Assembly: GCA_003972865.1 (NCBI GenBank)
Contig: QOAX01000295.1
Span: 1-33,288 of the forward strand
Direction of reading: 5' to 3'
Source of the DNA: Verrucomicrobiota bacterium
GTDB lineage: Bacteria > Verrucomicrobiota > Verrucomicrobiia > Limisphaerales > UBA1096
Length of the DNA stretch: 33,288 nucleotides
Position numbers and translations under genes: made by a program. The notes beneath the pieces are model-generated. The model ran no database searches. It was not told the DNA's origin and saw only the letters and a list, made by a program, of their open reading frames with translations. Below, piece after piece: positions 1-10,717 of the stretch. The stretch's first letter is position 1. Each line of letters begins with the position of its first letter.

Positions 1-408
1 GCGGAAACTGGTGCAGGCCAGCACGGCGTGGCCACGGCGACCGTCTGCGCGAAGTTCGGGCTGAAATGCGTGGTCTACATGGGCGCGACGGACGTGGAGC
101 GGCAGGCGCCCAACGTCTTCCGGATGCGCCTGCTGGGAGCCGAGGTGGTGCCGGTAACCTCCGGGCGGGGCACGCTGAAGGACGCGATGAACGACGCGCT
201 CCGCGACTGGGTGACGAACGTCCGCGACACGTTCTACTGCATCGGCACGGTGGCGGGGCCGCATCCCTATCCAGCGATGGTGCGCGACTTCCAGGCCGTC
301 ATCGGCAAGGAGGTCCGCTGGCAGCTGGCCGAGCAGGAGGGCGAGGGCCGTCTGCCCGACACCGTGATCGCGGCGATCGGCGGCGGTTCGAACGCCATGG
401 GGCTCTTC
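1..408 (+). pseudogene. trpB: Tryptophan synthase beta chain, internal fragment (5' cut by window edge, 3' replaced by hisC sequence)
   Basis: Frame 1 reads [13 protein letters not shown]...[14 protein letters not shown]...[13 protein letters not shown]...[10 protein letters not shown], all hallmark TrpB motifs; similarity stops at about YEFLDEP. Confidence 0.85.
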
Positions 409-912
409 TATGAGTTCCTCGACGAGCCGGTGGATCTGCTGCCGATGGTGCGCTCCGGCGGGAAACCGAACCTGCTGCTGATGCGCACCTTCTCGAAAAT
501 TTACGGCTTGGCCGGGCTGCGCATCGGCTACGGCATCGGGCATCCCGACTTCGTCTCCGCGCTGGAAAAAGTTCGCCAGCCGTTCAACACAAATGCCGTG
601 GCCCAAGCCGGCGCGATGGCTGCTCTTGACGACGACAAGCACCTGGCAAACACCCGCCGCACGAATGCTGAGGGGCTGAAGTTTTTCGAGGCGGTTTGCG
701 CGGAGCAGGGCATCGAGTTCGTGCCGTCGTATGCCAATTTCGTGATGGTGCGGGTTGGCGACGGGCAGGCGGTGTTCGAGGCGATGCAGCGGCAGGGCGT
801 CATCACGCGCGCCATGGGCGGCTACGGTTTGCCCGAATGGATTCGCCTCTCCATCGGCACGGCAAAAGAAAACCAGCGGGCCGCCGAATCCCTCAAGGCA
901 TCGCTGGCCTAA
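409..912 (+). CDS. hisC: Histidinol-phosphate aminotransferase, C-terminal half, in frame with the trpB fragment
   Basis: [19 protein letters not shown]-lysine motif, RQPFN, PSYANF, IRLSIGT; the N-terminal half of HisC is missing. Confidence 0.85.
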   Translation, partial: YEFLDEPVDLLPMVRSGGKPNLLLMRTFSKIYGLAGLRIGYGIGHPDFVSALEKVRQPFNTNAVAQAGAMAALDDDKHLANTRRTNAEGLKFFEAVCAEQGIEFVPSYANFVMVRVGDGQAVFEAMQRQGVITRAMGGYGLPEWIRLSIGTAKENQRAAESLKASLA

Positions 913-2240
913 TCCCCGTCGGTCAGGGGCCAGTCGAAGTGGATTCGTTTGCCTTTGCGGAGGAGGATCAGTGGCAGTTTGTCGCCTACCCTGTAGTTGA
1001 GCTTCACGTGCATGTTGAAATGCTGCGAGTTCATCCGCAGCGGTTTGCCTTCCATGCCAATGATGATGTCGCCCTGCCGCAGGCCGGCACGCTTGGCGTT
1101 GCGGCCCTCGGGTCGGCCGGTGTTGATCCAGCGCACCTCGAGCGGCTTCACGCCCTTGGCCAAGCGCAGTGGCTTGATCTGCTTGTCTTTCATCGGCGCG
1201 CACCACGTGGCTAAAACCGGCTTGATCGACCAAATCGAGCCGCGCCACGAAATATCGGTCTTCTTCCAGTCGGCGTTCATCGCCAATTTCTTTTCGATCG
1301 CGTGATCGCCGCGTGTCGCCTTCAACGTCACGTTGGCTGAGGTGTTCGGGAGGTTGTGCAGCACCCATTGCAGGTCGGCGATGGAGGTGAGCACTTGGCC
1401 GTCGGCGCGGGTGAGCACGTCGCCCGGGTGGAGACCGGCTTTGTAGGCGGGAGAGTCGGCCTGCACGGCGGTGACGACGAGACCGTCGCTGGGGTCGAGT
1501 TGCAGGCCAAGGTTGTCCGGCAGCGGGTAGCGCCAAAGTGCGTCGTGGTTGAGCCGGCCGGCGTCTTGCAGTTGTTCATGCTCGGCGTCGTGGATGTTGT
1601 GGCAGTGCACGCAGTTGTTGCGCGCGGTGCTGCCGGCGAGCTTGCTGCGATGTTTCATGCCGGGCATTTGCAGCGCGGACTTGTACGTCTTCGGCTTGCC
1701 GAGTTTGCCGGCGAGGGCGGCTTGGTTTGCCGGGTAGCCATTGTGCAGGGCGAGCACGCGGCGCATGGTTTTCTCGAGTGACTCGACCGAGTTGTAGGCG
1801 TCCGCCCCCATGGCCGACTGGGTGCCGTAACGGGCGTACACGGTGCCGTCGGCGTTGATGAACATCGCGGCCCAATTCAGGTCGTAGTCGAACTGGAACT
1901 GCGACAAATCCACGCCCTTCATTTCCACCTGCCGCACGGCCACAAATTTTTCCTGCGTGAAGTTTTTGATGCGCTGATTATTCTTGGCCACCTCGGCGTC
2001 GAAGCCTTTGCAGTCGGCGCACGGCACGCAGCGGAAGGTGACGAACAGTGGCTTGTTGGCGCGCTTGGCCTCGGCACGGGCGGCGGCGAGATCGTTGTAA
2101 ATCCAGAAATCTGCGTCGCGGGCATTTTCGTCCTGCAACACATCGAGCAGCTTGTTTTGTGCGTGAGCCATTTGGCCAAGCGCGAGCGTTGCCGCCGCTG
2201 CAAACAGGAGCAGGGGGGAGGGTATGGTTTTCATTGGCAT
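909..2240 (-). CDS. Secreted thioredoxin-like/PDZ domain protein with a CxxCH motif (Trx7/PDZ family-like, Cys form)
   Basis: Signal-like N-terminus, [20 protein letters not shown] Trx-like segment, CVHCH, PDZ motifs ([13 protein letters not shown]; [10 protein letters not shown]); start may be 2234. Confidence 0.7.
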   Translation of the reverse strand: MPMKTIPSPLLLFAAAATLALGQMAHAQNKLLDVLQDENARDADFWIYNDLAAARAEAKRANKPLFVTFRCVPCADCKGFDAEVAKNNQRIKNFTQEKFVAVRQVEMKGVDLSQFQFDYDLNWAAMFINADGTVYARYGTQSAMGADAYNSVESLEKTMRRVLALHNGYPANQAALAGKLGKPKTYKSALQMPGMKHRSKLAGSTARNNCVHCHNIHDAEHEQLQDAGRLNHDALWRYPLPDNLGLQLDPSDGLVVTAVQADSPAYKAGLHPGDVLTRADGQVLTSIADLQWVLHNLPNTSANVTLKATRGDHAIEKKLAMNADWKKTDISWRGSIWSIKPVLATWCAPMKDKQIKPLRLAKGVKPLEVRWINTGRPEGRNAKRAGLRQGDIIIGMEGKPLRMNSQHFNMHVKLNYRVGDKLPLILLRKGKRIHFDWPLTDGD

Positions 2241-2348
2241 GGGGGTGTTGATCTGTTGGGCGGATGAGACGTCCGCCTGTTAAAAACCGCAAGCGCATTT
2301 TCTTCCCGCTTGCCAAGCGGGGTTTTTTTTCTTACTGCTGCCTGCCGG

Positions 2349-3128
2349 ATGAGTAAGCCACTTGCAGGAAAAACCGGGGTTGTCTTTGGCGTCGCCAACA
2401 AGAATTCAATCGCGTGGGGCATCGCCCAGGCTTGGCATGAGGCCGGCGCCAAACTGGCGTTCACCTATCAGGGCGAACGGTTGAAGGGGAAAGTTGAAAA
2501 ACTGGTTTCCGATTTCGGCGAGGACACTTTGGTGACGGAGTGCGACGTCAGCAGTGACGGGGACATCGACCGCGTATTTGGCGAGGTCGGCTCTCAGTTC
2601 GGCGGCAAGCTGGATCTGCTTTTGCACTCAGTGGCATTCGCGCCGCGCGAGGCGCTTGAGGGTCGTTTTGTCGATACCACGCGCGAGGCGTTCGCCACCG
2701 CGCACGACGTCAGCGCCTACTCGCTGGTGGCCCTGGCCAAGCGCGCCGCTCCGCTGATGACCGATGGCGGCAGCATCATCGGCATGAGCTACTACGGCGC
2801 GGAAAAAGTCATCAAGCATTACAACGTCATGGGCGTGGCCAAGGCGGCGCTCGAGGCGAGCACGCGTTATCTCGCGGCCGACCTTGGCGAAAAAAAGATC
2901 CGCGTCAACTGCATCAGTGCCGGCCCGGTGAACACTCTCGCGGCCCGCGGCATCGCCGGTTTTTCGGAGATGCTCAAGCACTACGAGGCCCGCGCCCCGC
3001 TCAGGCGCAATGTCTCCCACGAGGAACTGGGTCAGACCGGTGTGTTCCTCGCCAGCGACGGCGGCGCGGCCATCACCGGCCAGGTTATCTATGTCGATTG
3101 CGGCTACCAAATCATGGGTGGAATGTAA
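2349..3128 (+). CDS. fabI: Enoyl-ACP reductase (NADH)
   Basis: [42 protein letters not shown] motifs. Confidence 0.95.
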   Translation: MSKPLAGKTGVVFGVANKNSIAWGIAQAWHEAGAKLAFTYQGERLKGKVEKLVSDFGEDTLVTECDVSSDGDIDRVFGEVGSQFGGKLDLLLHSVAFAPREALEGRFVDTTREAFATAHDVSAYSLVALAKRAAPLMTDGGSIIGMSYYGAEKVIKHYNVMGVAKAALEASTRYLAADLGEKKIRVNCISAGPVNTLAARGIAGFSEMLKHYEARAPLRRNVSHEELGQTGVFLASDGGAAITGQVIYVDCGYQIMGGM

Positions 3129-3139
3129 GGCTTGATGCC

Positions 3140-4015
3140 TTACGAGGTCGCTTTCCAGTTTTTAAGTTCCTCGGTGAGGCCTTCGCGGAAGGTGGGGTAT
3201 TTGTATTGGAAGCCGCTGACCCACTTGAAGAGGTCGTTCGAGACGCGCTTGTTGGTGATGCCGCGTTTGCGGGTGGACCGATCCGGCTCGGGGACAAAGG
3301 GCGGCATCGGGCGTCCGGTGGCTTCACTCAGCCACGTAAAAAAATCCAACTGCGTCACCGGCTCGTCGTCGGTGATGTTGTAAATGTTGGCCCCCTGTCC
3401 CGGGTGAGTGAGCACGCGGACGATGGCTTCCGCCAAATCGTCCCGGTGCACCATGTTGAGAAAGCGCTTTCCGTCGCTCTCGATGGTGGCGTTTCCGCTC
3501 ATGAATTGTTGGAACAGATAGCCCCGTCCCGGGCCGTAAATCCCGGATGATCGCAGAATGGCGACCGATGGGCCGGCTGTCGCGATTTCCCGCTCAGCTC
3601 CCCGGAGTGTTTTGGTGGTGATGTTATCAGGGGTATCGGCTCCATTTTCAAAAACCCATTCAGCGTTCGTCTGGCGATAAACTCCGGTGCTGCTGATGAA
3701 CACGGCGGATGAGGTGTCCGCCGTTTTGAGCCATTGCGCGATGTGTTTCGTGCCAAGGCCGAAAACTTGTTTATATGCATCTTCGCCGCCACGGGAGGAG
3801 GAGATGGCGATGACGACCCAGTCGTATTGGCCGTCGAGTTTGGCGAATTCGCCTTCCTGGGTGATGTCGATGTTGAGGGGGCGGATGCCGAGCTTGGCCC
3901 GGCGGTCGTTGTGTTCGCTACTGCGCCGGATGCCGGTGACGTCGTGGCCAAGCGCGATCAGCCGTTGGCCAAGCGCTTCGCCGACGTAGCCGCAGCCGAT
4001 GATCAGTACCCGCAC
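3140..4015 (-). CDS. NAD-dependent epimerase/dehydratase (atypical SDR, YeeZ-like)
   Basis: [11 protein letters not shown] Rossmann motif, ISSTGVY, GIYGPGR, NKRVSN, YPTFREG; GTG start at 4015 preferred over TTG at 4039. Confidence 0.85.
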   Translation of the reverse strand: MRVLIIGCGYVGEALGQRLIALGHDVTGIRRSSEHNDRRAKLGIRPLNIDITQEGEFAKLDGQYDWVVIAISSSRGGEDAYKQVFGLGTKHIAQWLKTADTSSAVFISSTGVYRQTNAEWVFENGADTPDNITTKTLRGAEREIATAGPSVAILRSSGIYGPGRGYLFQQFMSGNATIESDGKRFLNMVHRDDLAEAIVRVLTHPGQGANIYNITDDEPVTQLDFFTWLSEATGRPMPPFVPEPDRSTRKRGITNKRVSNDLFKWVSGFQYKYPTFREGLTEELKNWKATS

Positions 4016-4028
4016 ACGGCCACTGTAT

Positions 4029-4042
4029 CGCTTGGCCAAGCG
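4029..4042. repeat. Perfect 14-bp palindrome CGCTTGGCCAAGCG (iterated palindrome copy)
   Basis: Read directly; lies between divergent genes. Confidence 0.95.
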
Positions 4043-4104
4043 GAGGGACGAATCATTTTGGACTTTGCCGGGTGCGGGGTGGCCCGTACGTTTTGCCGCG
4101 GAAC

Positions 4105-5733
4105 ATGAGCCGAGTGAAGAAACTAAAGCCGAAACAGGTTTACATTATGGCCAATGGTGACCTACGGCTGTCGGCAAACCAGGTTTGCTGGGCGGAGCAG
4201 TCGAAAATGGAGGCGACGTTGGCCAAGGCGCTCAAGGTCGAGGGCTGGACGGTGGTGCGCGCCCACGCGTACGACCGCAAAAAGAAGCACGGCTTCATCG
4301 ACTCGCAGAAGCGCGGGATGGAGGTGTTTCAGACGATGGATTCGGATGCGCCGTTAATCGTGGCGGAGTGTGTCTGGCAGTACAGCCAGCATATTTTACC
4401 GGGACTCTCGACGCATCGCGGCCCGATTTTGACGGTGGCTAACTGGAGCGGCACGTGGCCGGGCCTGGTCGGGATGCTGAACCTGAACGGCTCACTGACG
4501 AAGATGGGCGTGGAGTACAGTACGTTGTGGAGCGAGAAGTTCACCGACAAATATTTTCGGGACGGCCTGCGGCAGTGGCTGGGCGAGGGCACGGTGACGC
4601 ACGACCAGAGTCACGTGCGTAGTCTCGACCTGCTCAAGCTGCCGCCCGGCGAGGCGAGGCTTGGCCAAGCGGCGGCGCGGCGGTTGCACGACGACAAGGC
4701 GATCATGGGCGTGTTCGATGAGGGCTGCATGGGCATGCACAACGCGATCATCCCGGACGAGTTGCTCAACCCGACCGGCCTGTTCAAGGAGCGCCTGAGC
4801 CAGTCGGCGTTGTTCGCCGCGATGGGCGAAGTGAGCGATGACGAGGCGAACGAGGTTTACGCTTGGCTGAAAAAGAAGGGCGTGAAATTTCGCCTTGGGC
4901 CGGACGAGGCGAGCGACCTCACCGAGGCGCAGGTGTTGCAGCAGTGTAAAATGTACATCGCTGCCGTGAGGATTGCCGACGAGTTCGGCTGCGCGACGAT
5001 CGGCATCCAGTACCAGCAGGGGCTGAAGGATTTGACGCCGGCGAGCGACCTGGCCGAGGGCATGTTGAACAACGTCGATCGACCGCCGGTGAGCGACGCC
5101 AAGGGACGCGAGCTGTTCGTAGGGCAGGCCGTGCCGCACTTCAACGAGGTGGACGAGTGCGCCGGACTGGATGCGCTGGCGACGAACCGGCTGTGGACGG
5201 AGCTGGGCTGGCCGCCGGAGAACACGCTGCACGACTTGCGTTGGGGCGACTCGTGCAGGGTCAACGGGCGCAGCGAATATGTTTGGGTGTTTTTGATTTC
5301 CGGCGCTGCGCCACCGGCGCATTTCATTGGCGGCTGGAAGGGGGCGTCGAGCGAGCGGCAGCCGCCGATGTATTTCCGGCTGGGCGGCGGCACGCTCAAG
5401 GGTGTGTCCAGGCCGGGCTGGATTGTCTGGAGCCGGGTGTTCGTGATGGACGGCGCGTTGCAGTGTGACATCGGTGTGGCCGAGGTGGTGAAACTCTCGC
5501 AGAAGGAAACCGACCGGCGCTGGCGCGAGACCACGCCGCAATGGCCGATCATGCATGCGGTGCTAAAAGGCATTTCGCGCGACCAAATGATGGCTCGCCA
5601 CAAGTCGAACCACATCCAGGTGGTTTATGCGCCCAGCGAAAAAGCCGCGCACAAAGGCGCCCGGATCAAGGCGGCGATGCTTGTCGAAATGGGCCTCAAA
5701 GTGCAGCTTTGTGGCGAGGTGAACTTGAAGTAA
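4105..5733 (+). CDS. L-fucose/L-arabinose isomerase-family protein
   Basis: [52 protein letters not shown] resemble the fucose-isomerase-like family; substrate unknown. Confidence 0.75.
   Translation: MSRVKKLKPKQVYIMANGDLRLSANQVCWAEQSKMEATLAKALKVEGWTVVRAHAYDRKKKHGFIDSQKRGMEVFQTMDSDAPLIVAECVWQYSQHILPGLSTHRGPILTVANWSGTWPGLVGMLNLNGSLTKMGVEYSTLWSEKFTDKYFRDGLRQWLGEGTVTHDQSHVRSLDLLKLPPGEARLGQAAARRLHDDKAIMGVFDEGCMGMHNAIIPDELLNPTGLFKERLSQSALFAAMGEVSDDEANEVYAWLKKKGVKFRLGPDEASDLTEAQVLQQCKMYIAAVRIADEFGCATIGIQYQQGLKDLTPASDLAEGMLNNVDRPPVSDAKGRELFVGQAVPHFNEVDECAGLDALATNRLWTELGWPPENTLHDLRWGDSCRVNGRSEYVWVFLISGAAPPAHFIGGWKGASSERQPPMYFRLGGGTLKGVSRPGWIVWSRVFVMDGALQCDIGVAEVVKLSQKETDRRWRETTPQWPIMHAVLKGISRDQMMARHKSNHIQVVYAPSEKAAHKGARIKAAMLVEMGLKVQLCGEVNLK
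4659..4670. repeat. Perfect 12-bp palindrome GCTTGGCCAAGC
   Basis: Inside the isomerase CDS, read as R-L-G-Q-A. Confidence 0.95.
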
Positions 5734-5736
5734 TCG

Positions 5737-6564
5737 ATGAGCGACCAAGTGCCAGAATCGCCACCTGAGTCTACTAAGGACATAGAGCCGAAGCCGTCCG
5801 GGCATGCGGCTTGGCGCTGGCCGTTGGTGGTGGTGTTTGTCGCGCTGTTCGGGCTGATTGCCTTCGTCTACATTCTTAGAATACCCGGGCAGTTGGTGGA
5901 GTCGGCGGGCAAGGGAGTCGTTGGTGTTGCAGAGGCACTGGATGGAGCCGCCGCGAAGTTACTCAAAGGCACCATCACGGAAACGTTTACGGCCAGCCTG
6001 CCCAAGCTGGAAACCGAGCGGGGCGGGCTGCTAGAGTTGTCCAAGGTCACAGCGACTGAGACATTCCGCAGCAAGGATGAATTGACCTATGACTTCAGAT
6101 GGTTTGAAGTTGATGTCGGCACGACCATCACGGAGATCCGGGTGCCGGTGACCTACCGGTATCATTTGCGGATGCGCGATGCGTGGCAATTGTCAGTGAC
6201 GAACGCGGTTTGCATCGTGCACGCGCCGGCGATCCGCCCCAGCCAGCCGCCGGCGATCCACACGGATCGGATGGAAAAATCGTCGGACGAGGGCTGGGCA
6301 CGTTTCAACGCCGAGGAGCAAATGACCAAGCTCGAGAAAACCATCACGCCGACCCTCCGCAAATACGCCGGTGATGAGCAGCACCTTGATGTGATCCGTG
6401 AGAATTGCCGAAAAACCGTGTCCGAATTCATCGAGGACTGGCTGCTGCGCGAGGGCCAGTGGGGCGAAGGCCGGCTTCGTGTCGTGAAGGTTTACTTCCC
6501 GGGGGAAGGGGAACCGGCCCGGGCGATCGTCGAGGACGACCCGGAACGGCGTGAGAGCAATTGA
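5737..6564 (+). CDS. Membrane-anchored hypothetical protein (DUF4230-like)
   Basis: One N-terminal TM helix (WPLVVVFVALFGLIAFVYIL), then LELSKV...IRVPVTYRY...VHAPAI pattern resembling DUF4230. Confidence 0.6.
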   Translation: MSDQVPESPPESTKDIEPKPSGHAAWRWPLVVVFVALFGLIAFVYILRIPGQLVESAGKGVVGVAEALDGAAAKLLKGTITETFTASLPKLETERGGLLELSKVTATETFRSKDELTYDFRWFEVDVGTTITEIRVPVTYRYHLRMRDAWQLSVTNAVCIVHAPAIRPSQPPAIHTDRMEKSSDEGWARFNAEEQMTKLEKTITPTLRKYAGDEQHLDVIRENCRKTVSEFIEDWLLREGQWGEGRLRVVKVYFPGEGEPARAIVEDDPERRESN

Positions 6565-6640
6565 ACACGTAACCGGTTGCAGCCGTCGGGCGTAGCACGT
6601 ACGGTTCGCCGCGCTGCGATTCAGGGAGAGATTCAACACC

Positions 6641-7831
6641 ATGTCGACTTTGTTACTGCCGGAACATGCCAAAGCGATGGCCGCGTTTGACCACGTGCTG
6701 CGCACGCGCCTGGTTTTTGGCAACGGCAGTGCGAGTCGCGTTGGCGCGCTTTCCGCCGAGCTGGGCCTGAAGCGCATCCTGCTCGTCACCGACCCCGGTC
6801 TCGTTCGCGCCGGGCATGCCGCCACCGTTCGGGAGGCGCTCGAGTCCGCCGGGCTGGAGGTGGTCTTGTTCGACGCTGTGATCGAGAACCCCACCACCGA
6901 TTGCGTTGAGACCTGCCGGCAAGTGGCCGAGCAGGCCGGGATCGACTCATTCCTCGGTCTCGGCGGCGGCAGTTCGATGGACACCGCCAAGGGCGCAAAC
7001 TTCCTGCTGACCAACGGCGGCCGGATGCAGGACTACTGGGGCATCGGATTGGCCGGGCGGGAGATGCTGCCGCTCATCGTCATCCCGACCACCGCCGGCA
7101 CCGGCAGCGAGTGCCAGTCTTTCGCGCTGATCTCCGATGCCAAGACACATCAAAAGATGGCTTGCGGTGATCCAAAAGCTGCCGCCAAAATCGCCATTCT
7201 CGATCCCGAACTGACCCTTTCCCAACCGCGCAACGTGACCGCCTGCACCGGCATCGACGCAATTGCGCACGCCGTCGAAACTTCGGTGACCAAAAAAAAG
7301 AACGAGTTGTCCTGGATGTTTTCGAAGGAGGCATTCGAACTGCTCCTGCCGCATTTCCCAACGGTGCTCAACCAGCCGGACGACCTCAACGCCCGCGGCA
7401 GCATGCTGCTCGGCGCGGCGATGGCCGGCTGCGCGATCGAGGCGAGCATGTTGGGCGCGGCGCACTCGACCGCGAACCCGCTGACAGCGCACTACGACAT
7501 CGTCCACGGCCAGGCGGTCGGGGTGATGCTGCCGCACGTCGTGCACTTCAACGTCGGGGAGTGCGAGGCGCGTGAGGCTTATGCCGAGTTGGCGGCCATT
7601 GGCAAACTTGGCCAGGCGGAAACCGGCGATGAGCCGGCCGAGTACTTGGCCAAGCGGCTGACGCAGTTGCTCGAGATGGCCGACATGCCGGTGACGTTGA
7701 AGGCCAGCGGCGTGGAGGAATCAATGCTGCCAGCCCTGGCTACGGAGGCGGCCGATCAGTGGACGGCCAATTTCAACCCGCGAGAGGCTGGCCAAGCCGA
7801 GATGGAGACCATTTACAGGGCCGCCTTCTAG
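6641..7831 (+). CDS. Iron-containing alcohol dehydrogenase
   Basis: GGGSSMDTAK, IPTTAGTGSE, GIDAIAHAVE, AHSTAN, HGQAV motifs. Confidence 0.93.
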   Translation: MSTLLLPEHAKAMAAFDHVLRTRLVFGNGSASRVGALSAELGLKRILLVTDPGLVRAGHAATVREALESAGLEVVLFDAVIENPTTDCVETCRQVAEQAGIDSFLGLGGGSSMDTAKGANFLLTNGGRMQDYWGIGLAGREMLPLIVIPTTAGTGSECQSFALISDAKTHQKMACGDPKAAAKIAILDPELTLSQPRNVTACTGIDAIAHAVETSVTKKKNELSWMFSKEAFELLLPHFPTVLNQPDDLNARGSMLLGAAMAGCAIEASMLGAAHSTANPLTAHYDIVHGQAVGVMLPHVVHFNVGECEAREAYAELAAIGKLGQAETGDEPAEYLAKRLTQLLEMADMPVTLKASGVEESMLPALATEAADQWTANFNPREAGQAEMETIYRAAF

Positions 7832-7872
7832 ATTGGCTTTTCCTTCGGGCGCCTGGCTGGTTCAATCGCCGC

Positions 7873-8436
7873 GTGACGAGGGACGAGATTCTTCAGCTCT
7901 TCAGGGACTCCGGCGCACTGCTGGAGGGTCATTTCATTTTGCGCAGCGGCCTGCGTAGCCGCCAGTTTTTTCAATGCGCCATGGCACTGCAGGATATGCC
8001 AAGCGTCGAGCGGCTTGGCGCGGTGCTGGCGGAAAAACTCCGTCGATACGAGCCGGTCACGGTGCTGGCCCCGGCCATGGGCGGGCTGGTGATCGGGCAG
8101 GAGGTGGCGCGGCAACTCAGCGTGCGCTTCATCTTTGTTGAAAAAGTGGAGGGGAATCTGATGCTCCGGCGTGGCTTCAAGATCGAGCCGGGCGAAAAGC
8201 TGATCATCGTCGAGGACGTGGTGACCAAGGGCGGTCGCGTGGCCGAAACCGTCGCCATCGCCAGGGAACACCAGGCCGAGGTCTGCGCCGTTGGCGTGGT
8301 GGTCGATCGCTCCAACGGAACAGTCGATCTCGGAGTGCCGATGGAATGCCTGCTCCCGATGGTGGTTAAGACGTTCGACCCCGACGATCTACCGGAAGAT
8401 CTCCGGGCCATCCCGCCGATCAAGCCGGGGAGTTAG
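7873..8436 (+). CDS. pyrE: Orotate phosphoribosyltransferase
   Basis: GALLEGHFILRSG, PAMGG, IVEDVVTKGG PRPP motif, KPGS C-terminus; GTG start at 7873. Confidence 0.93.
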   Translation: MTRDEILQLFRDSGALLEGHFILRSGLRSRQFFQCAMALQDMPSVERLGAVLAEKLRRYEPVTVLAPAMGGLVIGQEVARQLSVRFIFVEKVEGNLMLRRGFKIEPGEKLIIVEDVVTKGGRVAETVAIAREHQAEVCAVGVVVDRSNGTVDLGVPMECLLPMVVKTFDPDDLPEDLRAIPPIKPGS

Positions 8437-8442
8437 GGCGTT

Positions 8443-9711
8443 TTATTTTGCCAGGTCGAGGCAGATGAGGTTGCCTCCCTTTTTCTTGATGCCGTCCCGG
8501 ACGAACAGCCAACCGTCGACGTAGGCCGGCATGCACCAGTTTAGCCCGCAGACCTGGGTGCGGCCGAGTTCGTTGAAACCTCTTGGCGAGGCTTCAAAGA
8601 GACAGAGCTCGCCGCCGCTGCTGAGCGAGAGGATGTTTTTCCCCATTACGATGAACGCCGCCATGGCGCGCTTGGGATCGGGGAAGGAAAGGCTGTCGTC
8701 GCTCCAGGCGGTCTTGCCGGTGGCGATATCGACGCAGACGAGTTTTGCCGGATCGCCGATGCCGTAGTAGTGGCCGCCGACCCGGACGCCGTGGGTGATG
8801 TTCGGCTGCGCCTCGATGTTTTTCCATACCGGCTCAGCTTTGAGTCCGTCGTCGTCCGGCGAAATCGTGATGCCCCGCAGGCCGGTTTGGTGGGAGCCGA
8901 CGACCACCGTGTTGCCATGAACAACCGGCGCGGCGACGTGGCGGCCGTAGTCGGTTTTCATCGGCACTTTCCATAGTTCCGCGCCGTTGCGGACATCGAC
9001 TCCGACCGCACCCTCGACGAAAAAGCAGACGAATTGCTGAAGCCCAGCGATGGTGGCAGGGATCGGCGGCGGGTAGCCGGGTTCGTAGTCGAGCGAGTTC
9101 CAGATTATTTCGCCGTTGGCTCGGTTGAAGCAGACGATGCCGGTTCCCTTCCCGCCGACCAGCGCGTACACCATGCCCCCGATGACGAGCGGTGCGCCGG
9201 TGAAGCCGTGGCGCCGAGCGCCGGGCACGCGGCCTTTTTCGCCGACGAACTTCATGCCCAACTTGGCGTAGTCGAGTTCCCATTGGACTTTGCCGTTCCG
9301 GGCGCTGAGACAGTGGAGAGTGCCACGGCTGCATTGCGCGAACACCTGGCCTCCGTCCACCACTGGCGTGCAGCGCGGACCGCGCGGGCCTTGGCCATCC
9401 TCAAAAACAGGTGCCAGCCCCTTGGCCCATTTCTCCGAGCCATCGGCAGCCGAGAGGGCGCCCATGGTTTCCTTCCCACCGCGATTCTCGAAATGGAACA
9501 CCGTGCCGTCGGCGACGACCGGCGACGACAGTCCTTCACCCGATTTGATCTTCCAAACGATTCTCGGCTGATCCGGCAATTGGGTCAGGGCTAAGCCCTT
9601 GGCCGGCAGGACGCCGTCTCGGGTCGGGCCGCGCCATTGCGGCCAATCGACTGCCTGGGCCAGGGACGCTTGGCCAAGCGCGGCGATGAGTAGCGATATT
9701 CGAAATTGCAT
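8443..9711 (-). CDS. Secreted PQQ-binding-like beta-propeller repeat protein
   Basis: Signal peptide then DWPQWRGPTRDG, SSPVV, repeated G..W propeller motifs. Confidence 0.85.
   Translation of the reverse strand: MQFRISLLIAALGQASLAQAVDWPQWRGPTRDGVLPAKGLALTQLPDQPRIVWKIKSGEGLSSPVVADGTVFHFENRGGKETMGALSAADGSEKWAKGLAPVFEDGQGPRGPRCTPVVDGGQVFAQCSRGTLHCLSARNGKVQWELDYAKLGMKFVGEKGRVPGARRHGFTGAPLVIGGMVYALVGGKGTGIVCFNRANGEIIWNSLDYEPGYPPPIPATIAGLQQFVCFFVEGAVGVDVRNGAELWKVPMKTDYGRHVAAPVVHGNTVVVGSHQTGLRGITISPDDDGLKAEPVWKNIEAQPNITHGVRVGGHYYGIGDPAKLVCVDIATGKTAWSDDSLSFPDPKRAMAAFIVMGKNILSLSSGGELCLFEASPRGFNELGRTQVCGLNWCMPAYVDGWLFVRDGIKKKGGNLICLDLAK
9667..9680. repeat. Perfect 14-bp palindrome CGCTTGGCCAAGCG
   Basis: Within the signal-peptide coding region of the minus-strand CDS (A-L-G-Q-A). 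Confidence 0.95.
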
Positions 9712-9782
9712 CGCGGCGAATTCAGTCTTTTAGCGGCGGTGCGTCAAGCGATAACGTGCGCGAGGCCGCTTGGCCAGGCGCG

Positions 9783-10715
9783 ATGAATCGGGACAAACTC
9801 GGCAGCAACCTGTTACTGCTCATCACCAGCACCATCTGGGGCTTCGGTTTCGTGGCGCAGGAAATGGGCTCGGCGCATCTTGGCCCGAACGCCTTCAACG
9901 GCATGCGCTACTCACTGGGAGTGGTGTGCCTGCTGGTGATCCTGCTGGCGTGGCATCGTGGGAAAGCAATGGACGGCTTCCGGTCCCGCGACTGGGTGAA
10001 GGCCAGCCTCAGCGCCGGGCTGTTCCTGTTCCTCGGCTCGCTGTTGCAGCAGGCGGGGATAGGCGATGAGGCCACCGGGGCCGGCAAGGCGGGATTCATC
10101 ACCGGGCTGTACGTGGTGATCGTCCCGGCACTTGGCTTGATGGTGGGCCACCGGACAAATTTGCAGACGTGGGCCGGCGTGGTGCTGGCGACGGTGGGGC
10201 TGTGGCTGCTGAGTTTCAAGCAGGCCGATGCGCAGTGGGCGATCGGTCAGGGCGACCTGCTGGTGTTCTTCGGGGCGTTTTGTTGGGCGGGACATGTGCT
10301 GGTGATCGATCGGTTCACCAATCGCGTATCGTCCCTGCATTTGGCCATCGGGCAAGTGACGGTGTGCGCCGGGGCAAGTTGGGGGGTTGCGGCGTTCAGT
10401 GAACCGTTGAAATTGGCCAAGTTTCAGGCGGCGTTCATGCCGGCGCTTTACCTCGGCGTGATGTCGATCGCCATCGCATTCACGCTGCAAATCATCGGCC
10501 AGCGAAAGGCGCACCCGACCCATGCCTCGATCATTTTCGCGATGGAGGCCGTGGTGGGCGCGTTCGCCGGCTGGCTGATCCTGCACGAAAAACTGACCGA
10601 GCGGGAACTGACCGGCTGCGTGCTGATGTTCTGCGGGATGGTGCTGTCGCAGTTGCCCGTTCGCCTCATCCGCCTCGGCCTCACGCGCCGGGCGAACCAC
10701 AAGCCGCCTGCCTGA
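9783..10715 (+). CDS. DMT/EamA family transporter
   Basis: IWGFGFVAQ, KAGFITGLYVVIVP, GDLLVF, about 10 hydrophobic segments. Confidence 0.9.
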   Translation: MNRDKLGSNLLLLITSTIWGFGFVAQEMGSAHLGPNAFNGMRYSLGVVCLLVILLAWHRGKAMDGFRSRDWVKASLSAGLFLFLGSLLQQAGIGDEATGAGKAGFITGLYVVIVPALGLMVGHRTNLQTWAGVVLATVGLWLLSFKQADAQWAIGQGDLLVFFGAFCWAGHVLVIDRFTNRVSSLHLAIGQVTVCAGASWGVAAFSEPLKLAKFQAAFMPALYLGVMSIAIAFTLQIIGQRKAHPTHASIIFAMEAVVGAFAGWLILHEKLTERELTGCVLMFCGMVLSQLPVRLIRLGLTRRANHKPPA

Positions 10716-10717
10716 GT

